Shown here: positions 13,891 to 27,469 of the stretch, one piece after another | Position numbering within the stretch: position 1 is the first letter of the stretch | How the letters are laid out: each line of letters opens with the position of its first letter | Assembly (NCBI GenBank): GCA_024137785.1 | Contig: JAHRHZ010000099.1 | Span: 12,111,872-12,175,871, forward strand | Direction: 5' to 3' | Source of the DNA: Ginglymostoma cirratum | Taxonomy: Eukaryota | DNA: 64,000 bases | Made by a program: the position numbers and the translations under genes | The notes under the pieces: generated by a model | Told to the model about the DNA's origin: nothing | What the model saw: only the letters and a program-made list of their open reading frames with translations | Databases searched by the model: none

Positions 13891-14146
13891 ATACGAACGA
13901 GTATATGTATATATTTGTAAAAGTGTGTGTGTATGTTCTGTCTAACTTTGCAATAGATCTTTGAGCCAGGCTGACAACCATGCTGCCGAAAAGTCGAGCA
14001 CTCGGTCTGCACTGAAACAGTCCTCTGAAATACTGGTATCTGGTTCAACATTAAGAACGTAGGGAGAAAGCACCCGCATTCGTACAAAGTGCATTTTACT
14101 TTCATGTGACACAAAGTTTTCAAAACTATTTTAATTTCTAATTTAG

Positions 14147-14239
<93 letters not shown>

Positions 14240-15229
14240 TAAGACACACACATACACATAAATGAAGCGGTGTTGAGAAGTCGAGCTAAAACAATTTTGC
14301 CTGGGATGCGATATCAATGAATTTGCATCAGTTTCGCTAATTCCATCACTTTCATTACAATGCTGCGCATGCTTGCTGCATTAAATGTTGTGACGATTGG
14401 CGTTTGTATATGGACAAACACAACTGTTGGTTCAGTTAGATGCAGGACAATGTTCATTACCACATTGCGACTGTGTAAATATCATTAGGCAGGCGCTAGC
14501 CCCGTGAAGAATGAAAAATAGAGATTTGCATTTATGTAGCACCTTGAACGAACTCTAAATATCCCGAATCGCTTCACACTCAATGAAAAGTGCTCACTGT
14601 TGAAATGTGGCGATTTAAGTAAAGATTAAAATGTGATTTCCTTTGAATCGCTCACTGACGTTTTAATCGTTTCTAGCGTAAGAAATTAACAGTCAAGACG
14701 AAATTTGGAAAAGTCGAATGCTCTTTCCAGTCCAACATCGTGTCTTGGTACAATCATGTGAAATATGAGACTCTTGCGTGAAGGTGCTTTGCAACTGTAG
14801 CAAATCTTGGCTTTCGGTCTGCATTATGCAGGCCAGACTTTCGGAAGCGCAGTCCCAAGCCAAGTCCTGTCTTATTGTCATTCAAAGACACAGATCGGCC
14901 ACTCGATGTCATTGTCTGTGAGCCCGTAGCCCCCACCCCGACTTCTGATGCAATTCGTTGCATTGGCTGAAAACCACAAGATCTTTATTTGAAACAATAG
15001 GAATCTTGGAGGCCAGAGTCCATTCGGCCGATCATACAAATTCTAACCCCGTGAATGAGTAATCCGATTAGTTTCACACCCCCTCACTTTTTCCTATAAC
15101 ATTTGCAAATTAAAATGGGCGGGTAAACGGACACGGAAACAGGCATAATTACCTCGACTTCTTTTAAAAACAAAAGACTAATTGTGATTTTTCAAAGAAT
15201 GTTTCAAAACAGCATATGCAATATTTAGA

Positions 15230-15378
15230 GATAATAGGAATTGCAGATGCTGGAGAATCCAAGATAACAAGGTGTCGAGCTGGATGAACACAGCAGGCCA
15301 AGCAGCATCGTCGGAGCAGGAGAGCTTGACGTTTCGGGCCGAGACCCTTCTAGGCCCGAAACGTCAAGCTCTCCTGTT
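15230..15378. mobile_element. Penelope-derived palindromic element, family A, with 16-bp TSD
   Basis: ATATGCAATATTTAGA at 15214-15229 and 15379-15394; inner inverted repeat CAGGAGAGCTTGACGTTTCGGGCC / GGCCCGAAACGTCAAGCTCTCCTG. Confidence 0.85.
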
Positions 15379-15486
15379 ATATGCAATATTTAGACCACGT
15401 TACGGTTGGGCTATAAGTAACAGCGGACGTGTTATGTTTCTTTCCCCGTGGATTCAAGGTATTTGTATTTTGTAATATGGTTACAG

Positions 15487-15710
15487 TAAAGAATACCCTG
15501 TGGTTCCCAGGAGCACGGTCAGACAACGTGTGGGTTCTACTGCGAATCACTTCAGTGGAGAAGTGCGAGTGTTGCCTGTGTCAAACAACCTGAACTCTCA
15601 GTACCAATGTGAGAACGGGGTTTCCAGTTCGACACAAGAACTGCTGCCTCCCAACCCGTACTCAGTCTGCCAGGAGCAGAGCCCTCTCTACCACTGCACC
15701 AAAAGGAAAG
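15487..15710 (+). CDS. TBX5: TBX5 coding exon 7 ([15 protein letters not shown]...LYHCTKRK; 224 nt)
   Basis: TTACAG| acceptor, AAAG|GTGAGA donor; overlaps ORF 15500..15721; frame continuous with neighbouring exons. Confidence 0.95.
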
Positions 15711-16224
15711 GTGAGAAATAGCGCGGAATTTCCCTCAGAGGTTCTGTTGCCCTCAATGTGAATTTCCACTGAGTGTCCCACCGCAAATGTTACCTCATCA
15801 AGAGCGTCAGAAATGAACTACTTTCCGGTTCTGGTGACCGTACCGAGCACTGTATCTCATTACAGAGGAAACAACAGATTTCAAGAATAAACTGACAGGT
15901 TGTCTTCTGCCTCAAGACTTCCCACTGAGAGATCTAAACTGTCTCTTCTGTGGGTGGCTTCTCTAAGTAATGAGTTATCTGATCCTCTTACGTGTCAAAC
16001 AAATAAACAGCTCTCCGGGCTTCACTGGCAAGTTGGAATGCTGTGACGTGAGGAAGGCATGCGATCTTCCTAGCTCTAGCATCACCTCACGCAGGCTGAC
16101 CTTGTCAATGCTTCGTTTTATCTCTGAAGTGCAATTTAGTGATAATTCATTGAATGGAAGCTTAAAGCAAGAGATTGCTTCTGTGTTGTCTCCAGTTCTG
16201 ATCGCCCGGTTATACTAAAGATAT

Positions 16225-16645
16225 TATCAAGCTGGAAAGGGGCCGGAAGAGATTTACCAGGATGTTGCTGGGTATGGAAGGTTGAGTTATCAAGAAAGGC
16301 TGGATAGTCTGGAACTTTTTCACTGGCACATAGGTGGTTGAGAGGCAACCTGTTAGAAGTTTATAAAATAATTAGAGGTATAGGTAGATAAAAATATACT
16401 GTATCCACTGTTTGGGGATTCTAGAACTAGGGGCATAGACTGAGAATTTGGGCCAGACCATTCAGGAGTCATGTTATGACAGTGGATGCTGGCCCAGTTG
16501 GTAATTTAAGTCTGAGACAGATAAGTTTTTGTTGAGCAAAGGTATTAAGGGATATGGGCCAAAGGGAGGTACATGGAGTTAAGGCAAAGATTAGCTGTGG
16601 TCTGAGGCTCAAGGGTCTGAATGGCCACCTCCTGTTCTTATGTTC
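16225..16645 (+). mobile_element. CR1-type LINE 3' fragment
   Basis: AGAGATTTACCAGGATGTTGCTGGG...GAAGTTTATAAAATAATTAGAGG; ends AATGGCC...TCCTGTTCTTATGTT; homologous to 18740 and 28070. Confidence 0.75.
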
Positions 16646-16716
16646 AAATTATTTTTGAATGATATTAATGTAAAGGGGTAAATATTGTTTTGGACACTGG
16701 AGAGAAGTGAAATGGA

Positions 16717-16935
16717 AAAGAAAAACTGCCGATGCTGGAAATCTGTAACAACAACGGAAAGTCCTTGGAAAACTCAACAGGTCTGATGGCATCTGTGGCG
16801 AAAGAAACAATTAACATTTCAAATCTGTTATGACTCTTCTTCAGAACTTTCAATGTTCAAGAGTCATATTAGATTCAAAATGTCAACTCTGTCTCCACAG
16901 ATACTGCCTGGCCTGTTGAGTCTGTATAGCACTAT
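16717..16935. mobile_element. Older Penelope-derived palindromic element (family B-related)
   Basis: Arms CTCAACAGGTCTG..GCATCTGTGG / CCACAGATACTGCC..CCTGTTGAG; minus-strand hammerhead remnant GTTCTGAAGAAGAGTC...GATTTGAAATGTTAA. Confidence 0.65.
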
Positions 16936-17334
16936 TTATTGGGGTGAACTTCCCTGCCTTTATTTTTGAAAAGTGCTGTGGTGTCTATTCTATCAACCTG
17001 ATGGTGTGGTATTGGTTTAACAGCTCATTTTTAAAGATTGTTGGGAATGTGAGAGCAGCACTCACTCCATACTGAGTGGAACTATCACTCTAGACCTTTG
17101 TAATATCTTTACAGGACAAACTAAAACAATATGAAACACAATGAGAGTGAACGGTGAGCTATTTTATTCTAGTATAGACTTTTTTTTTTAAAATGACCAA
17201 AATTCTTAGTTTGGTTTCAACATGTCGATAAAGTTTCACCAACAGAGGATCATGATGAAGGGAACTGGGAAGAATAAATTGAGTCTGATGAATTGGATAG
17301 TTGGAACATGACTACTAATTCTCACTTTTTTAAA

Positions 17335-18100
17335 AATGCATTTATAGACATGGAGATCACTGGCTGGGTCAGCATTTATTGCCCATTCCTAGTTGCCCTT
17401 GAGAAGGTGCCTTTGATTTGTTGTGGTTTGATGTAAGGTAAACGCACAATGCCAATAGGAAGGGAGTTCAAGGATTTTGACCCAGTTACACTGAAGAACA
17501 GCAATGTGTTTCAAAGACAGAATGGTGATTGGCTTGGAGAGGAACTGGCAGATGGTGGTGTTAGCATATATCTGCTGCTTTTGTCCATCCAGATCACAGT
17601 GGTTGTGGGTTTGGAAGATGCTGTCAAAGGGTACTTGGTGCAATTTGTAGATGATGCACACTGCTGCTATTGAGTGTTGGTGGTGAAGGGAATGAATATT
17701 TGTGGATGTGGTGCTAATTCAGCAGGTCGCTTTGTCCAAGGTGGTTTCAAGTTTCTTGGGTGTTGTTGGAGCTGCACTCATCCAGGTAAGTGGGGGGATT
17801 CCATCAAATTCCTGACTTGAGGCATATAAGTCAGGAGGTGAGTTACATGCTGCAAGATTCCTAGCTTCTGACCTGCTCATGTATATGCAGTGCTTTTGTA
17901 GCTGGACCATTTGATTAATGGTAATCCGCAGGATGTTGATAGTGGGAATTCAGTGATGCTATGGAAACATCATTAAACATAAGGACAATGGTTACATCCT
18001 CTCTTGTTGGAGATGGTCCTTGCCAGGCTGTTTTATGGCTTGAATATTCTTTGCCACTTGTCAACCCAAATCTGGATGTTGTCCTGGTCTTGCTGCATTT
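17335..18100 (-). mobile_element. LINE 3' fragment (CR1/L2-superclade, decayed RT C-terminus and 3'UTR)
   Basis: Minus ORF remnant PLTWMSAAPTTPKKLETTLDKA; homologous pieces at 38385, 47930 and 63575. Confidence 0.7.
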
Positions 18101-18734
18101 GTATTTGAATAGTAACTTTTAGACAAGCTGTGCCTGAAGCCAATTCTAATTCAGCTCAGTCAGTCTGATAGAGGGGAAATTTCGATTTAAGGTCCATGGG
18201 AAAACTAGTCCAGTTAAAGAAAACTTTTCAGTCTCAGGCCAAGATGAGTTAAAAGTCCTTTCTCAAGTTCTGAGTTTTTGAGTCAAGAAATGTGGTAACT
18301 TCTTAGTTATAGGAAACCAGTGGGTATATTAGATTTATGAATAGATGGAAAATAGGTGATATATATATATTGCATTGCATTTTAAACATGTAACACATTC
18401 TTAAAGGAGGAAGAACTGTAATAATTTTTTAACTATTCATATATATGCGTATAGAGCAGAATAAAGTCATTTAGTTTGCTGTTGATTTCATTTGCTTCAA
18501 ATTGTTTTCATCTATCCTGCAAAGTTTATGATCAGATCTCTGGAGTGGGCTTGAACCCACTATCTTCTAACTCAGAAGTGGGTCTTACAGTCTTATGTGA
18601 TTTTGCGATGTACATCCATGACATTACTGGTAAACTGTTTACAAGGATAGATCAGAAAAGGTTGGCATGCAGATAAAGCAAGTAATAAGCAATACCTAAT
18701 AGAATTTTATTAATAATTGTGAGGGGAATTTAAT

Positions 18735-19300
18735 GCAAAAGCAAAGCTGTTAGGCTTTAGTTATATAGTTCATTTGTGAGACCATATCTGAAATACTATT
18801 TGTTTGGTCTTTTTAGTTAAAGTTTGGTCTTTTTAGTTAAAGAAAGATGCCAATGCATTGGAAGCAGCTCACTGAAGGTTTACTAAACTAATGTCTGGAA
18901 TGGGTGTGTGTTTTATGAGTAAAGCTTGGACAGGCTAGGCTTGCATTCACTGGAGTTTACAAGAGTAACTGGTGACTTGATTGAAACACATAAGATCCTG
19001 TGGGGTCTTAACAGGCTGGCTGTAAAAAAGATGTCTGCTCTTTGGGACAACCTAGAACTAGGGGTCACTGCTAAAAATAAAGGCTCCCTTTTAAAGACCG
19101 AGATAAGGAGAATTATTTTGTTAGTAGGTTGTGAATCTCTGAAACACTCTTCGTCAAAAGGCAACAGAAGCAGTGTCTTTGAATATTTTTAAGTAGCAGT
19201 AAATTGATTTTTGATAAGCAAGGGATTGAAAGTGGAGCAATCAGATCAACCATGATGGCTCAAGGGGGTAAGTGGCCTAATCACGCTCCTAGTTCTTATA
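18735..19300 (+). mobile_element. CR1-type LINE 3' fragment
   Basis: ORF 18926 LDRLGLHSLEFTRVTGDLIETHKIL is a typical CR1 ORF2 C-terminus; contains a 20-bp tandem duplication at 18802-18841. Confidence 0.8.
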
Positions 19301-19426
19301 TGTTTACAAATTTATTGATTTAACAAAATCAATGTATCTCATAACTAAATAATGTTTGTGCTATTTTCTGCTGTGATTACTCATTAATTGAAATCTTATT
19401 CTGTTCTGATTTATTTTTGGAAGCAG

Positions 19427-20013
19427 TAGACGAAGATTGCAACTCGACAGAACATCCATACAAGAAGTCATATATTGAAAGCTCGCCTCCAGAGGATGAC
19501 CCATTCTACAGGTCCTCAAGTTACTCCCAACAGCAAAGTCTTACGCCCTCTTATAGGACTGACTCAGCACAGCGACAAGCATGCATGTACGCTGGCTCAA
19601 CAGCAGACACGGACCCCAGCTCCAGCCTTGATGATATTAATTGTAACACTTGGGCCACTGTTCCCTCATACAGCAGCTGCACAGTTACAACAATGCAACC
19701 CATGGACAGATTGCCCTACCAACACTTTTCAGCACATTTCACATCAGGCCCGTTAATGCCTCGCATCTCTGGAGTCGCCAACCATACGTCTCCACAGATA
19801 GGGGACACTCACAACATGTTTCAACATCAGAGCTCAGTTTCGCATCAGTCTATAGTTCGGCCATGCACCCCTCAAGCTGGGATCCAGTCTGCAAGCAATC
19901 TTCAACCTGCTGACTACTTGTATCCACACGGCATGTCAAGAACCCTCTCACCCCATCAATACCATTCAGTACCTGGAGTGGGCATAGTGCCTGAATGGAC
20001 TGAGAACAGCTAA
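19427..20013 (+). CDS. TBX5: TBX5 terminal coding exon ([14 protein letters not shown]...[11 protein letters not shown]); start may be 19424, 19427 or 19430
   Basis: ORF 19417..20013 matches the TBX5 C-terminus ([30 protein letters not shown]); three in-frame acceptors AAG CAG TAG; TAA at 20011-20013. Confidence 0.95.
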
Positions 20014-22290
20014 TTCAAAGAAATCTCCATTGATCTGACATATGTGAATGTTTGCATTAAGTAGGACATTGTTTCAAGCAATATTTAAAACCACCAAACC
20101 TGACTGTACTTTTCAAGTGATAAAACTTTATTTGATATATTCTTTCAATCCCCACTCCATCATACTACTTACCTGAATGAAATTGAAATTGGTTATTAAC
20201 ATAAAACAAAATTGAAGGGTTCCATCTGGTGGATGTTTCTCTGCATTGTATGGTCTATATTCGTCAGAATGTTGCATGTTTGTTGTTGGACAATCAGAAT
20301 CATCAGTAATGTGTATACAGTTCATCATAAAGTTCCCCACGCTGTGCCAATCTTCTCTTTCCATTTTGTTCTTAGCATAAATTCATGCTGTAAAGGTGAA
20401 CAGGAATGAATGTGGAGTAATGAGCACTGCAGATTTCTTTATGCCGACCCCTGCATTCTTACAGATATTCTTGAATGAAGGAAATTGATAACTACCCATT
20501 TTTCGGGTAGTTATCATGACAGAAACTATTTCAAAATGTTGCTAATAGGGTTTATGGTGAGGTACATCAAATAAAATGTTCATGGGACTACTGATTAGAA
20601 CATTACACTTTGTTAAGTAACCTTTTGCTACATTTAGAGCTTTAAAATTTCCAAGATAGCTGCCTGACAAAACAATCCTGAAGAGATCTTATGCTCACAA
20701 CTAAGGTGCTGGAGGGAAGTGAATCAACGTCTCCTATAGCATCAAGTTAATATTTAGCAATACTGAGTGACTAAAAGCAAAAGTATGAATATTATATGAC
20801 TAATATTTGATTAAATTTATTTTTTATATAAAGTAATATCAAGCACACAAACAGGTGCAAGCGATCTGAAATGAACATTTAATTTTAATAATGTAGAAAA
20901 TCCACCATTTACCTCACCTATCCTTTCTCATTCATTGGTTGAGAATTGAACTAAACTTCAGAATCCAAAAAGATATCATTTTGATCCCAAAATCTGAATG
21001 AAGTTGAGGACACATTAATGTTTCAATAAGGAGGCATATACCCTGTACTTCAGAAGAAATTTAAGGTGATGGGACTTGCTTTGTTCATTGAAAAGGTTGG
21101 AGAGCATAGGGGAAAGTGCACTCCGTTAACAGGTAACCCTATTTCCGGATGTATATAACAATGTAACAACTCAACATAGGTACATGCAAATTAATGGATG
21201 TATATAATGGAGAGCCCATAGACAGTCTTTGTTTCACATACAGTAAATGTTTTATACAGGTACCCAATTTTAGCTATATGTATTATATTTTGATCATGTG
21301 ATGTGTAGCATCAAACTTCTGTCTCCACATTTGATCAATACAAGTGTTTACATCATAAAGCAAAGGATAATATTTTAAATTATGTATCAAGCAATAAGTA
21401 GTTGTTTATTCAACATAAACAAAGTGCAGAAATTGCTTGTATTAATTATCAGTGTTTTTCTGGTGAATAGTATTTATTGTTGGACAACCTAAAAGTCCTT
21501 GTTTTTGGAGTATTAAGAATGATTTATTCTTAGAGAAAAGTTGTTATAGAAGTGTGGTTGGAAGTCCTTTGGTGTATAAAAGAGATGAATCAATTAAGTT
21601 TCATTGTAAATAAAACACAGTGTATATACTGACAAGAAATAACTTCAGATACTATTTTTGAGCGACTTACCTTACCTTTTCTCTGACACCATGTTCTAAA
21701 TCTATCCAATAAAATAGGGATTTGTCACGAATGGGTTAACTAAGTCAAACATTCATTCCTGTAAAATATTGTAAAATTCAAGTGTCATGATTTCAAACAT
21801 GTACAGAAAATATAGTGAAATCACTTCCATTTCATTAAATGTTATTAATGTGCAAATATAAATATTTGCTTTCGTGCTTGTGGGTTCAAGTTGAATTATG
21901 CTACATTAATTAGTAGTGACTTTTAAAGATAAAAGGACAGTAAGTACATTATTTGCAAATGTCTCTGTATTTAAGCTTCTCAGTAAATCCTATAAGCACG
22001 GTTATCACTAAAACTTTATATTATGATGCACTAAACCGTCTTCAAAATTGAACACCACAGACCCAGCAATGATCTACTTACATCAATACATTTATTGTGT
22101 GCTATTGCCTTCTGTGGCTACGTGTGTAATGTGACTGTTCTCAGTGAAGGGCAATTATATCGATGATTTTTTTTAGGCTGTATCAGTTTTGAACTGTACT
22201 TTGCTACGAAAAGCACTACAATGGGAAAAACCACACTGATAATAAATAAGCCTTGTTTAAAATAAACACAAGAGTGGTCCTTCTAAAATA
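20014..22290 (+). other. Probable TBX5 3'UTR
   Basis: AT-rich stretch after the stop with no recognised repeats; AATAAA at 21609, 21708, 22241 and 22261; the end point is inferred. Confidence 0.55.
22241..22266 (+). terminator. Paired polyadenylation signals (AATAAA x2)
   Basis: AATAAA at 22241-22246 and 22261-22266. Confidence 0.45.
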
Positions 22291-23524
22291 ATCAGTCACA
22301 GATATCCAGTTAATAAATACATAAAATATTTGCTACTATCTTAAAAACATTGCTAACAGTCAAAATTCTATTCTCATAGGCTACTATATCATGATATGAA
22401 ATAGTATTACTGTGCTTGACTGAAATTTGTAATTTACTGTTGTTTCAAATTGATTAGTTAAATTATACAATAGTAATTGCAGTACTTATCAGCCATTCCA
22501 CTAACTTTGATTACCAGTATAATGTAAATAATATTGGGTGCGAATTACATTTCTAGTTGCTGGCAGAGCTCAAATCCACAACTGGAACTGTAGACACGCC
22601 GAAACAATCTTCACAGAGTATTTCAGACCTGCTAAAAGTAACAATTTAATATTCATAATTATGCTAACCTTAGTCCTCTGCCACAAAGACACAAGATGTT
22701 TTTAATCACTGTGTTTAGGTTTTGATTTTCCATTGATTAAAAGTTTAAGACTTAATCATTCACCAAACAAAAGTTAGAGAGCTATAACCGATTTTAAAAT
22801 TGTATTATTTGCAAAAATACAACATTTTCTAAACTTTATTGTACCTTTTTCATAATATACATTTATCTGCATTAAAAATGGCAGATGTAGCCAGTACACT
22901 CAGTACCCTTCTGCCCTCTATGGCCCTACTCTTAAAATAGCAAAATGTAAGCATCAACATTAACTTGCCATAATATGACATTAAGAAAGAACTGGATACT
23001 CATTCAATACTTTGTAAAATATATGTTTTTAAGAAGACGTGTACTCCCTGCTATGTGGCAGCAAAAATTCTCTGCTCCACATGAAATATTTGAGTATAGT
23101 GTTTCAAACAAAACATTGATGCAACTCCTGTCATGAAAGTCTACATTTTTGAAATGACTACATTCTTCTCAAGTAAGTGGTAGAAATGTAAAAACTGAAA
23201 GGACTTTTTTTAACCAAATGTTGGATAGAGTGTGACACTTGATTAAACAGTCCTGATAAAAATTAATTTAATCTCCAAAGATGTCAGACATGCTGTTTCA
23301 ATCCCTCTTCCCAGAATCATGTATAGCCTCCAACTCTTTACCAAGTAACTATTATTCATATGTGATATTTAGCAGCAGGCTATACAACCAGAATCTCAGA
23401 CTCAAACTCAAAATGTACAGAAGTAAGTAGTCCTCATCGACCTTCTGTGTGGCAAGAAATCATTGATCATGTACCATTGTTTTGTATGCTGTCTAGTTCC
23501 ATCAGCTCTGCCTCTGCACCATCC

Positions 23525-23830
23525 CCATGATCTGCTGGCAGGACTGCATCACAAACATTGAAGTGCTCAAAACTGTCAAGGTGATCTTCCTGGAAAGCCA
23601 ACTGCGTTGTGTTGGTCATGTTGTCCAGAAGGACGAAAGTCACTTACCCAGAATTGTGTTGTACAAGAGCCACTGGTAAAAAAAATTGAAGGGAGGGGGA
23701 TGGCAAAAATAATTCAAAAACCCTCTGAAGAAGTCTGGCTCTTCTTTCACCAGTGGAATGCACAGGGTGTAGAATGTGAAGCTTGAAGATGCAACATTGG
23801 AATTGTTGAGGTTACCTTTGAAACTGACTG
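23525..23830 (+). mobile_element. RTE-type LINE 3' remnant
   Basis: Reads WQDCITNIEVL...SQLRCVGHVVQKDESHLPRIVLY, resembling the RTE ORF C-terminal (L)RWxGHVxR motif. Confidence 0.55.
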
Positions 23831-23859
23831 AAGAATCTTGTTTGGCAAGAGAGTCAGTC

Positions 23860-25260
23860 TATCGCTGCCTTAAAATATTTAATCATCCCTGCCTTTACTT
23901 CCCTATGAAGGCAAAGAGTTCCAAACTTACAGAACTATAACAGAAAAATGATTCTTTTCATTTATGTCTTAAAACAGTGATACCTAATTTTGAAACAGTG
24001 TCCGGTATTTCTGGACTCACCCACAATAGAAAACATCCTTTCCAATTCTCCCTTGTACTGACTATTCAGGATCTTATACACTTCAAGCAAGCTACCATCT
24101 CTTCTAAACTCCAGTGAAAACAAACAGATCCTGTGCAGCCTTTCATTAGAAACCAACTGGCTCATTTCAGGAGTCAACCTAGTAAATCTCATCTGAACCA
24201 TTTCCAATAGGTGCGCATACTTTCTTAAAGAAGGAGACTAAAATTGCGCACAGCATTCAACATGAGATCTCAATTATACTCTGTATAACCAAAGAATAAC
24301 ATCTTTACTTCAATGTACAATTTTTCTCACAATAAAGGATAGCATTCTATTAATTTTCTTAATTACTTGCTGTACCTGCATACAAACGTTTTGTGATTCA
24401 TGTATCAGAATACATACATCCCATTGTAGTTGTTCTTCGTTTAAGTCATAATGGGATTTTAATTTTTCTTGTAAAAGTGATCTATTTCACATTTTCCACA
24501 TCATACTCCAAATTCCAGATTTTTGCCCACTTTATGCAACCTATCTATAATGATCTGCAACCTCATTATGTCCTCTTCATAATAGACCTTCCTAATCATC
24601 TTTGTGTGTTCTATAAATTTGGTGACCATAGATTACTCCCATCATCCATGACTTTGATATAAATTGTAATATGTTGAGATCACAGCACAGACCCATGCAA
24701 GATCCTACTTTCACACTCTATTAGTTAAAAAATGATCCATTTTTGCAAACTATGTTTTCTACCAGCCTGTCCGTCTTCTATTGATACTAGTATGTTACCT
24801 TAACACCATGAGCTTCCATCTTGCACAGTAGACTTTCATGTGGCACCTTGTCAAATGTTTTATGAAAACCAAGTATAATATACCAATGGACTCCTTTATC
24901 AACTTTTAATTCCCTGTTCTCAGTTCCGAGAGATCAGCACTTACTTTACATATTCATTTCCTTTTCAGATTCCTGAAGAAAATCTCGCTATTCACTTTTA
25001 CATTTAAAGCTACCTTTCCCTTTCACTCTAATGTTTTTCTCCTGCTTAACTTTTTAGTCAATCTTAATCATCCTTTATATTATGACCAAGCATCTGACAT
25101 GTCATTTAGCTGCACACAATTATGTGATGATTTGTCCTTAACTTTGATGCTTTCTTTAAGTTCTTCAGTTAACCAAAGTTGATGGGCCCTCTCCATGGAG
25201 TTTTTCTTCACAATAGGATTATACTTATTTTGAGTATGCTGAAATATTGCAATAAATATC
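23860..25260 (-). mobile_element. Decayed CR1-type LINE
   Basis: Minus ORF 23962..24207 VQMRFTRL...LFSLEFRR...LLEVYKIL; further RT-like sequence to ~24900 (YLGFHKTFDKVPH-like). Confidence 0.7.
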
Positions 25261-26519
25261 TGAGGCTGCTTCCAGCCAATTTCCAGATTCACGTGAATTA
25301 TCTCAGCTTTCATGCCCGCACAGTTGCGCAGGGTCATAGAGTCACAAAGTTCAGAAGATGGCCTTCAGCCAATCGAGACTGTCAACCTATCTACATTAAT
25401 CCCACCTTCCAGCACTTGGCCCATAGTTTTGAATGTTATGGCATTCAAGTGTTTATCCGTGTAGCTTTGAGGTCATTAATTAAGCCTGTCTCATTACACA
25501 ATATTAAGTTGATTATAACTTGTTATTCTTTGTCCCAGAACATGATGCTTTAAGAAACTAAAGCACTCTTTCTGCAAAGTGATAAAGCAGGTTCACCTTG
25601 ACATTGCCATCTCGTCCAGCTCACACAACTTTTCAAATTGTATTCTTTTGGAGGCCGATACAGATAGGCAATGTTAAAAAAAAAGCGTCTTCCTTCTTTC
25701 CTCACCTAATTCCCTTATTCACCAAACTCACAGATTTATTGTCTGTTCCACTGTGCTCTGTACCAATGTATTCAACCTCTCTTATTTATACCACTGAGCT
25801 TCTAATGAGCCAACCTTCTGGCAGCTAGAGAACCAGTTTAGGCCAGATATTTAAATGATCAATCTATGATGTTCTCCTATAGAATTTGTTTATCCCTGCC
25901 GAAGACTGGGAGAAACTTACAACAGTAAATTTAAATTAAATATTAATTGCAAGCAAGTGGCCCTGGATTCTATGAAAGGAATTAGCCCTTGAAATGAATA
26001 TAAGTGAACTCACTAACTTATTAAACTCTCAGATCTGCACTCTGCTCCACTTTCATTTAACTGTTGAAACACCACAGTCAAAGTTGAACCTGTGTCTGTA
26101 CTCAATGTTTAAAACTAGCTGATGTCATTAGGTGTTGCATGACTCTGTGACTATGACTATGACAGTGGTCTAAAGGAGAAATCTGTGAATCATTTTAATA
26201 GAAAATGGCAAAGTTATCTGCCTACAGCATTTCTAACAAGACATAATAAACCTGTGATTTAATTGATGAAGTGTTTACAATGCTGAGTTTACGGCACAAA
26301 GAAAAACAGATAATCAGATGGATATTGGTGGTTTAGAAAAATCAAGTTTCAATCTTATCCTGGCAGAAGGATAACGTTTTCCATCCAGGAGAACAGCTTT
26401 TGTCTAGCAGTGGAATAATTTGTTAGGTTAGTAAAATTACCAGATTGTGACAGTTTGTAGAATCTGGAAAGGAAGCAGATCAGGAGAAAGTAGAGCATTT
26501 TCAAATTGATCTACGGGGT

Positions 26520-27445
26520 ATTTAAAAGACCAAGAGGTGATCTGATTGAAATGGATAAGATTCTGAAAAGGCCAAACAGGGTTGATACTGTTATTTCTCC
26601 AGGCTGTGGAGTATAGAACAGATTGTCACAACCTCAGCATAAGATGTCACCCATTCAGGACTGAGATGGAACTTTGGAGTTGTCTGCCTAGAGGGCTGTG
26701 GGCCTCATTGTTGAATGGAATCATACTAGATATTTATAGATTTTTCATCTCTCATGTAGTCAAGTGATATGCATAATGTGCAGTGTTATGGACCAGATGA
26801 AACCCCCTCAGACTATACTAAGAAGATAACCAAGACCCAAATGTTTTGTTATGTTAAAGGAAAGTGTAAGGCATTGCATTCCAGGTGCAATTCAATTGGT
26901 CAAACTACTTGACTTTAAGCAAAACAAACTTTATTTTTACACAACAGTTAAAATATAGACAAAATAAAATTAAAGAAAAGAATTGGCTTAATTGTAACTT
27001 TATTGAATTGCTTAGCAAAACAATAGAATTTTAACTACTACTAACTAACTGTTCCAGTATGGTAATTTCTCATAAATACGCCCTTGGCAAAGGCAAATTC
27101 AGTAAAATGGGATTGTCTCACATGCAATTCTAACAGCATGAAGAGAACTCCAGCTTTTGGTGCTAACACAGAGAGGAATAAGAGTTTCACATCCAGCTTC
27201 AAGACCCTGGAAACTAAATAAAGCTAAAACAAAAAATCCTGGTTCTGTGGGAGCTTGACTCCTCCTATTCAGGCTAATTATATTGTTCCAACTTTCAAAA
27301 ACACCCAACGTTTCACAAGCTATTTACTTCCTCATAGCTGTCAACTAAATCGGAGGTAGAAGATCAACTGGCATTATATTGAAGGTGCAGTAGGCTTGAA
27401 GGGCTAATTTGCTTATTCTGCTCCTATTTCTTACATTCTTATGCT
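26520..27445 (+). mobile_element. CR1 3' fragment interrupted by an LTR-like insertion (~26784-27345)
   Basis: CR1 sequence (AGAGGTGATCTGATTGAA...) stops at 26783 and resumes at ~27350 with the CR1 tail; the insert starts TGTTATGG like an LTR; its 3' end and TSD were not resolved. Confidence 0.5.
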
Positions 27446-27469
27446 CTTCATTAGTTGGAAATAGTTATG

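Noticed and set aside
15711-15721. Read-through of the last donor to KGEK-stop as a short isoform
   Set aside because: The donor AAG|GTGAGA is strong, and an early intronic stop is expected by chance
19417-20013. Stand-alone 198-aa gene suggested by the ORF track
   Set aside because: The 'start' is an intronic TTG; this is the last exon of TBX5
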